Assembly (NCBI GenBank): GCA_964467385.1
Contig: CAYXQC010000005.1
Location: 1 to 58,270 of the forward strand
Reading direction: 5' to 3'
Origin: an uncultured Candidatus Saccharibacteria bacterium
GTDB lineage: Bacteria; Patescibacteriota; Minisyncoccia; Phycocordibacterales; CAIZLB01
Length of the DNA: 58,270 nt
The notes under the pieces are model-generated. The model saw only the letters and a program-made list of their open reading frames with translations, was not told the DNA's origin and did not search any database. The translations under genes and the position numbers were made by a program. Positions 53,214-58,270 of the stretch are shown here, in pieces; the stretch's first letter is position 1; every line of letters begins with the position of its first letter.

Positions 53214-53630
53214 ATGGCAAAAAAAGCAACGAAGAGACCGACCGAAAAAACCAAGACCACATCTTGCATCCACGTTCACATTGACTGCGAAGACGACAAG
53301 ACCACGGAATCAGTTGAGCAAATTTTCAAAGGGTTGAACAAAGTGTTCATCGGGAAAAAAGGTGAGACCAAATTCAAGATCGTCAAAGCAAAGAACATGG
53401 CTGCAATAGTCGTGACTGACTACAAAGATGGAGCGAAACGCATCATCGACAGTAAACTAGAGGACATGGTCCTGATCCGTATCGTCGATGATCGACGAAA
53501 AGCAGAGTTTGAATCTTACGAAGACAGAGCTTTGCAGTATTACAAGGTTCCTGAATTCGTACTGGCTATGACAATTCTCAGGCTCAATATCTGTGAACTG
53601 ATCAACCAACGCTGTCCCGACGGAGACTGA
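53214..53630 (+). CDS. Hypothetical protein (GC-rich cassette)
   Basis: 138 codons with a basic N-terminus and no recognisable motif. A leader of about 135 nt starts from a TTTACA-17-TAATAA promoter at 53044-53072. Confidence 0.5.
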   Translation: MAKKATKRPTEKTKTTSCIHVHIDCEDDKTTESVEQIFKGLNKVFIGKKGETKFKIVKAKNMAAIVVTDYKDGAKRIIDSKLEDMVLIRIVDDRRKAEFESYEDRALQYYKVPEFVLAMTILRLNICELINQRCPDGD

Positions 53631-53937
53631 TGATTGCATAAATCAATCAGACCTAGACACCACTTTTCATGACCTAACACGTCAAGTTGAGTGGTTTTTT
53701 ATTTGTCTTGCACACCATGGTTACATTTTAAATCAACAAGATGCCAAGCTATTGGACCATTACTTGCTATTTACAACATTAAATATATGTATTATGATGC
53801 TGTCTCACGTCCATTGACATATACATACCAATATTTGCAAATATGGTTCGTAAAGCCATGTTTTGTTTGATTTTGCGCATGTTACGGACAGTCTTCTACC
53901 TGAAACCCAGCACATACACCAGCAACCACCAACAACC

Positions 53938-54573
53938 ATGACTATCAGCAACCATAAAGCACGCCCTCAGACAGTCGAGGAAGCAGTCTTCTTCGCCTTT
54001 CAACGCTTTCACGGGCATTTCCGCAACCCATCAACAGGAGCTCAGGGTGAAAACCCTTTCCGACCTGATTGGAATATCGTCAACTTGGGCATCACAATCG
54101 ACACCATCTCTCGCTGGATCTCGATTGGAAAACCAGATCCGATGATTCAGATCAGGTCAGAATGTGCGTTCATTGAAGGTTTGATGAAAGATGCAACACC
54201 GACACAGAAGCACACGGTAGAGATGATCTTCCGCTCAGAAAAGTACGCAATGCATTTGATGAAAATCGAACCACACTCAGAAGAAGTGGAGAATCACCAA
54301 GAGAAACCTGTAAACCCATTGAAGATGGATCACCCAATCGACAACAGGACGCGACACCAGAAAGAACGTCAACATGCCAGCTTGGCAAGAATCACATCTC
54401 GCCAGATCCTGATTGGACTCTCGACACTTCTTCTTCAGGAAATCTCCCGCTCGGCAGGCTTTCCTGTCGCAGAGTCGAGTATCATTCCTATTTTCGAAGT
54501 CTCATCCGAAGTGACATCGACAACCGTAGCAAAACACCCAGAGTACACACAAGTCGTCCCAACCACTTGTTGA
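53938..54573 (+). CDS. Hypothetical protein (GC-rich cassette; start ATG 53938 or TTG 53863)
   Basis: 211-236 codons with no recognisable motif. TTGACA at 53814-53819 lies upstream and a terminator lies downstream. Confidence 0.5.
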   Translation: MTISNHKARPQTVEEAVFFAFQRFHGHFRNPSTGAQGENPFRPDWNIVNLGITIDTISRWISIGKPDPMIQIRSECAFIEGLMKDATPTQKHTVEMIFRSEKYAMHLMKIEPHSEEVENHQEKPVNPLKMDHPIDNRTRHQKERQHASLARITSRQILIGLSTLLLQEISRSAGFPVAESSIIPIFEVSSEVTSTTVAKHPEYTQVVPTTC

Positions 54574-54625
54574 TCGAAGAAGTTCTAAGGCACCCAGACA
54601 TAAAATCTGGTACCCTAAAAACAAA

Positions 54626-54690
54626 CCACCCCTCTCTTCACTTCCCTATCCAAGGGTCAAAGTCGAGAGAACGGGTGGTTTTTTATTTTT
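54626..54690 (+). terminator. Rho-independent terminator (bulged stem)
   Basis: ACCACCCCTCTC ... GAGAGAACGGGTGGT followed by TTTTTTATTTTT. Confidence 0.65.
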
Positions 54691-54820
54691 ATTACCTTAG
54701 TTCAGATAAATAGATGATAAAAAAATATCCTGCGCATTTTTAAAACATCTTGATACCCTCTTCATCTATTTATAGTATAATTAGTTTCATACCAATATTT
54801 ATAGTGTATTAATTTAAATC

Positions 54821-55630
54821 ATGATTACAAAGAAAACAAAACAAAAGACGGTCCTTCTCGCCTGCAGCATAATCACAGGAATTTTCTTTCTCAATGTTTC
54901 TTCTGTGAGCGCAGAAACAGCCACAACATCAAGACCAGCTCTTCGAAAAGAATTTAAAGAAGTTCGGAAAGATATTAGACAAATCGCAAGCTCAACAAGA
55001 AACACTATTCTTCAAAACGCAAAGGATGCAGCGGGTGCGATCCGAGCAAATGTAGCAAGCTCTACTCGAGCGAGTACAACCGAAGCTCTTAAAGAAAATC
55101 GATCCATGACCAAAGAGGCACTCGAGGCAAATCGAGCAAGTACGACAGCTGCCATTAAGGCAAAAAGAGATGATCTAAAAAAAGCTCTCATGACACGAAA
55201 GGCAGAAAAGGGTGAAAAGAGGATGAAACTTTCAGCAGAAGCTCGGGAGCGAGTTCAGATCCTTTTGAACAATATCTACAATAGACTCATGAATCAGGTA
55301 CAGAGACTCACCAAAGTTGACAGTCATTTAAACAATCAAATCAACTCTCTTGCTACCTCAGGAAAAGATGTTTCTGCAAGCAAAGAACTTCTTACTACAG
55401 CACAAAATTCACTTACAAGTGCACGTCTTGCAATTGAGGCTACGAGAAGTCTCTCTATCGAACTCTCTGCAACTACTACATCTAAGGAAATTCTAAAAGA
55501 AATCGCAAAGAAAGCCGAAACCCAGATCAAAAACACTGCTGATTCATACAAAAAAGTTGCGGACAGCTTGAAGCCGTTTCTAAATGCTGATGCACCGATT
55601 ACAATTTCAGCTTCTTCTACAAATCGATAA
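54821..55630 (+). CDS. Hypothetical secreted helical (Ala/Thr/Lys-rich) protein
   Basis: Signal peptide LLACSIITGIFFLNVSSVSAE, followed by about 240 aa of helical repeat-like sequence. Confidence 0.6.
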   Translation: MITKKTKQKTVLLACSIITGIFFLNVSSVSAETATTSRPALRKEFKEVRKDIRQIASSTRNTILQNAKDAAGAIRANVASSTRASTTEALKENRSMTKEALEANRASTTAAIKAKRDDLKKALMTRKAEKGEKRMKLSAEARERVQILLNNIYNRLMNQVQRLTKVDSHLNNQINSLATSGKDVSASKELLTTAQNSLTSARLAIEATRSLSIELSATTTSKEILKEIAKKAETQIKNTADSYKKVADSLKPFLNADAPITISASSTNR

Positions 55631-55651
55631 ATCATAATTAAATCAAACACT

Positions 55652-55948
55652 ATGGATACAAATCAAATGAATTCTATCTACCGACCAATGACACCAAGAC
55701 CAAAAGGCCATCGAACTTCACTAATTGCGATTATAGTTTTCTTAATCATTGCGATCATAGTTGCGGTACTCGGATTTGGACGCATTAAAGATATCAAGCA
55801 CGATGATGCACAAAGAGGGGCGCAGCAAAACAGTCAAGCACCAAGAAGTGCACCACTTAGTGACTCACAGGTATACTCTGAAATTGAAGCCGTATCAACA
55901 ACTGACATAAGTGGGGATACAGAAGGCCTTGATTCTGAATTTAAGTAA
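55652..55948 (+). CDS. Hypothetical small single-pass membrane protein
   Basis: TM segment LIAIIVFLIIAIIVAVLGF. It starts 22 nt after the previous gene. Confidence 0.5.
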   Translation: MDTNQMNSIYRPMTPRPKGHRTSLIAIIVFLIIAIIVAVLGFGRIKDIKHDDAQRGAQQNSQAPRSAPLSDSQVYSEIEAVSTTDISGDTEGLDSEFK

Positions 55949-55971
55949 GATGTAAATTAATCAACCTCTTC

Positions 55972-56041
55972 ATTGCATGAAAACAGAAAATTTCTACTGA
56001 AATTTTCCTCTGCTCGTTGCAACTCGCAAGTTTCAAGCAAT
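55972..56041 (+). repeat. Structured repeat element, copy B
   Basis: The 40-nt core at 55992-56031 is identical to copy A. Closing stem ATTGCATGAAA (55972-55982) / TTTCAAGCAAT (56031-56041), 10 of 11 bp. Inner hairpin GAAAATTTC-TACT-GAAATTTTC (55986-56007). Confidence 0.85.
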
Positions 56042-56110
56042 TCATCGGGTAATTAATTTATATGATTAACATAATGCCAACTTTGTAAGACTTAATCGGA
56101 CTGACTATAC

Positions 56111-56140
56111 AAAAATACCGCCTATCTCTGGCGGTATTTT
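56111..56140. terminator. Bidirectional terminator
   Basis: AAAAATACCGCC tatctct GGCGGTATTTT. Confidence 0.8.
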
Positions 56141-56187
56141 GCTTTATCTATATTTTATCTGAACCTTTAATTCTGCTCAACTATCTA

Positions 56188-56646
56188 CTACTTACCACAT
56201 GTACAATCACCTGCTGGGCAAGTACCCTTCTTTACAGGGCAACCACAATTTGAGCCAAGACTATATCGTCCAGGACCTGTATAAAGAAGCGCCACTGCAG
56301 CAGCGAAAAGTGTAAGTACAAATTCGTATCCACCTCGACCTACTGCAAAGCCGTTTTGACCATGCACCTTTATAATCGCAGTCATCATAACAATAGCCAA
56401 CAGAACTGACGCGATCTTTGATCCAAAACCAATAATAAGTGATATACCTCCAAGGAATTCTACCCATGCTACGACATACGCCCAGAACGGAGCAATACCG
56501 AGTCCAGCAAAGAAACCTACTACTCCGGCAATACCTGAGAGTTTTTCATACCCATGAATTGCAAAGATTGCACCGACAATTACTCGAAGAATTAAAATTC
56601 CAAAATCTTTATTATGACAAACACTTTTCCATTCAATTTTTTTCAT
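56188..56646 (-). CDS. DoxX-family membrane protein with a Cys-rich C-terminal tail
   Basis: FGILILRVIVGAIFAIHGYEKL and four TM segments typical of DoxX. Tail: SNCGCPVKKGTCPAGDCTCGK. I prefer ATG 56646. Confidence 0.75.
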   Translation of the reverse strand: MKKIEWKSVCHNKDFGILILRVIVGAIFAIHGYEKLSGIAGVVGFFAGLGIAPFWAYVVAWVEFLGGISLIIGFGSKIASVLLAIVMMTAIIKVHGQNGFAVGRGGYEFVLTLFAAAVALLYTGPGRYSLGSNCGCPVKKGTCPAGDCTCGK

Positions 56647-56785
56647 ACCTGTATACTTTTGTATAAATAATTTAAATAACTTTGTAAATATAGGCACACA
56701 AGTGCCATTCCAACCAACTTTTGACTGATATATTATAACACATAAAAATATGGTATTGTCTTAGGAATACGCCGGTCAATCAAAT

Positions 56786-58108
56786 ATGAATGTATCATCA
56801 AAAAACTCTCAAAAAACCTGGGATGTGATCGTAGTAGGAGGAGGACCAGCTGGAATGATAGCAGCCGGACGATCTGCTGAGCGTGGCTTAAAAGTACTCC
56901 TTCTTGAAAAGAATATGGGGCTTGGTAAAAAACTCCTCATGAGTGGTGGCGGACGATGTAATGTGACCAATTCAGAATTCGATAATCGTGTACTCTTGGC
57001 AAAATATAAAGATGCAGCAAAATTCCTGCATTCCCCTTTTTCACAATACGATGTGCAAAAAACCTTAGACTTTTTCCATTCACATAACATGCCGACAAAA
57101 GTTGAAAATGAGAAACGGACATTTCCACAAAGTGACAAGGCCGCATCAGTACTTAAAGTTTTAGAAGACTACATGAAGACACATGACGTGACAATTCAGA
57201 CTGATGCTGAGGTTAAGGAATTTATACATAAAGATAGAGCCATTACGGATATTATTCTAAAAGACGGCGTCACTTTTTCTGCAAAATCATACATCCTAGC
57301 CACTGGCGGAAAATCGAGACCGGAAACAGGCTCAACTGGCGACGGATTCACATGGGCGAAAAAACTTGGCCACACCATTATCGAGCCATCAGTATCACTC
57401 GTACCGATCGCTTCGAGTGATACATGGATCTCAGAGCTTGCCGGAGTAAGTTTACCTGAAGCAAATATTAGCATTCTCGTCGATGGAGAGAAGCAGAAAA
57501 TTACACAGAATGGCAATTCGATCGGTACAAAAAGTGGTCCAAAAAGCAGCAAGCCGATCAAAGGCAAAGTTCTCTTTACCCATATAGGTCTTAGTGGTCC
57601 TGGTATTTTAAACCTCAGTAAAACAATCGGCGAACTTCTCGAATGTGGTGATGTAGATGTTTCGCTCGATCTCACACCAACTTTTGATCTCGGCACACTC
57701 GATAAAAAACTCAATGAACTTTTTCGAACTGAACTCAATAAAAAATTGAAGAATTGTTTAGGATTAATTGATCAAAATCTGCCCACAGCACTCATTAAAA
57801 TAATCATTTATCGATCGGGTGTAAACGGTGATACACCGGCACATAACATCACGCGAGAAAACCGAAAACTTCTTGTTCAGACGATGAAAGATTTTCGAAT
57901 CCGAGTAAAAGGACTCCTTGGAACTGACAAAGCAATTGTGACTTCTGGTGGTGTCACACTCACAGAAATAGACACCACAACTATGAGATCGAAGATTTGT
58001 ACCAATCTCTTTTTAGTTGGAGACATGCTTCATGTAGACCGACCATCAGGCGGTTACAGTTTGCAATTGTGTTGGACTACTGGATATGTGGCAGGCAGTA
58101 ATACGTAA
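56786..58108 (+). CDS. HI0933/BaiN-family NAD(FAD)-utilising flavoprotein
   Basis: WDVIVVGGGPAGMIAAG...LLLEKNMGLGKKLLMSGGGRCNVTN, and a C-terminal GGYSLQLCWTTGYVAG. Confidence 0.8.
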   Translation: MNVSSKNSQKTWDVIVVGGGPAGMIAAGRSAERGLKVLLLEKNMGLGKKLLMSGGGRCNVTNSEFDNRVLLAKYKDAAKFLHSPFSQYDVQKTLDFFHSHNMPTKVENEKRTFPQSDKAASVLKVLEDYMKTHDVTIQTDAEVKEFIHKDRAITDIILKDGVTFSAKSYILATGGKSRPETGSTGDGFTWAKKLGHTIIEPSVSLVPIASSDTWISELAGVSLPEANISILVDGEKQKITQNGNSIGTKSGPKSSKPIKGKVLFTHIGLSGPGILNLSKTIGELLECGDVDVSLDLTPTFDLGTLDKKLNELFRTELNKKLKNCLGLIDQNLPTALIKIIIYRSGVNGDTPAHNITRENRKLLVQTMKDFRIRVKGLLGTDKAIVTSGGVTLTEIDTTTMRSKICTNLFLVGDMLHVDRPSGGYSLQLCWTTGYVAGSNT

Positions 58109-58135
58109 ATATGCTGGTGCAATTCAATTAAAATA

Positions 58136-58270
58136 TTAGAGCCCTTTATTCTTCAAGTTCTGCATCTTAAATGCATTGATTTTATCAGCAATAGTCGATG
58201 TACCGTTACCTGCTTTACTCTTTAGAGCACCAGCTGCTACGACATCAAACGTCTTTCGTCGGGCAATCAT
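58136..58270 (-). CDS. 3' end of an unidentified gene running into the window edge
   Basis: The minus frame is open from base 58270 to the stop at 58138-58136 (…RRKTFDVVAAGALKSKAGNGTSTIADKINAFKMQNLKNKGL*). It is too short to identify. Confidence 0.3.
   Translation of the reverse strand: MIARRKTFDVVAAGALKSKAGNGTSTIADKINAFKMQNLKNKGL

Noticed and set aside
1-58270. Alternative genetic code, such as the UGA recoding seen in some CPR lineages.
   Set aside because: Long conserved genes (valS, gyrB, smc, rnr, ftsZ) are uninterrupted under the standard code, and they end at TGA, TAA or TAG where homologs end.

Overview
58.3-kb segment of a low-GC bacterial chromosome. My manual spot counts of single 60-nt lines in housekeeping genes give about 35-40% GC. 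All long ORFs are intact under the standard genetic code. The gene content suggests a reduced-genome CPR/Patescibacteria-like organism: a minimal housekeeping set, an 825-aa SMC, many small orphan membrane or secreted proteins, and sortase-type surface proteins. That taxonomic call is inference only. Backbone genes recognised from the translations are: rpsA (partial), pth, lepB, a degenerate HisRS-like gene, rpsU, ybeY, ftsA, ftsZ, trxB, tRNA-Val(GAC), tRNA-Glu(UUC), tsaD, valS, a PrsW-type protease, hsp20, rpsP, rnr, smc, rnc, a nusB-Nudix fusion, an AlkD-like gene, sortase, a histidine phosphatase, gyrB, murF, a SAM methyltransferase, an EVE-domain gene, lexA, a DEAD-box helicase, a YgjP/DUF45 hydrolase, DoxX and an HI0933-type flavoprotein. 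Four things stand out. (1) A 40-nt sequence is identical at two loci 34 kb apart, in inverted orientation. Each copy sits inside a closing stem whose sequence differs between copies but whose pairing is kept, and each starts 22-23 nt after a stop codon. This is a candidate new structured RNA or repeat element. (2) At least 14 visibly GC-richer, mostly single-gene cassettes are spliced between backbone genes. Most carry their own near-consensus promoter, a long leader and a GC-rich terminator, and most encode orphan secreted, membrane or Pro/Gly/Cys-rich proteins. (3) A consensus promoter has a perfect GAAC-N4-GTTC palindrome in its spacer and drives a 65-aa orphan ORF plus lexA. (4) A cell-surface locus contains a sortase, a VPETG-tailed PKD-like repeat protein, a CARDB-repeat protein and an L,D-transpeptidase. 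I saw no CRISPR array, transposase, integrase, rRNA or recognisable defence system.
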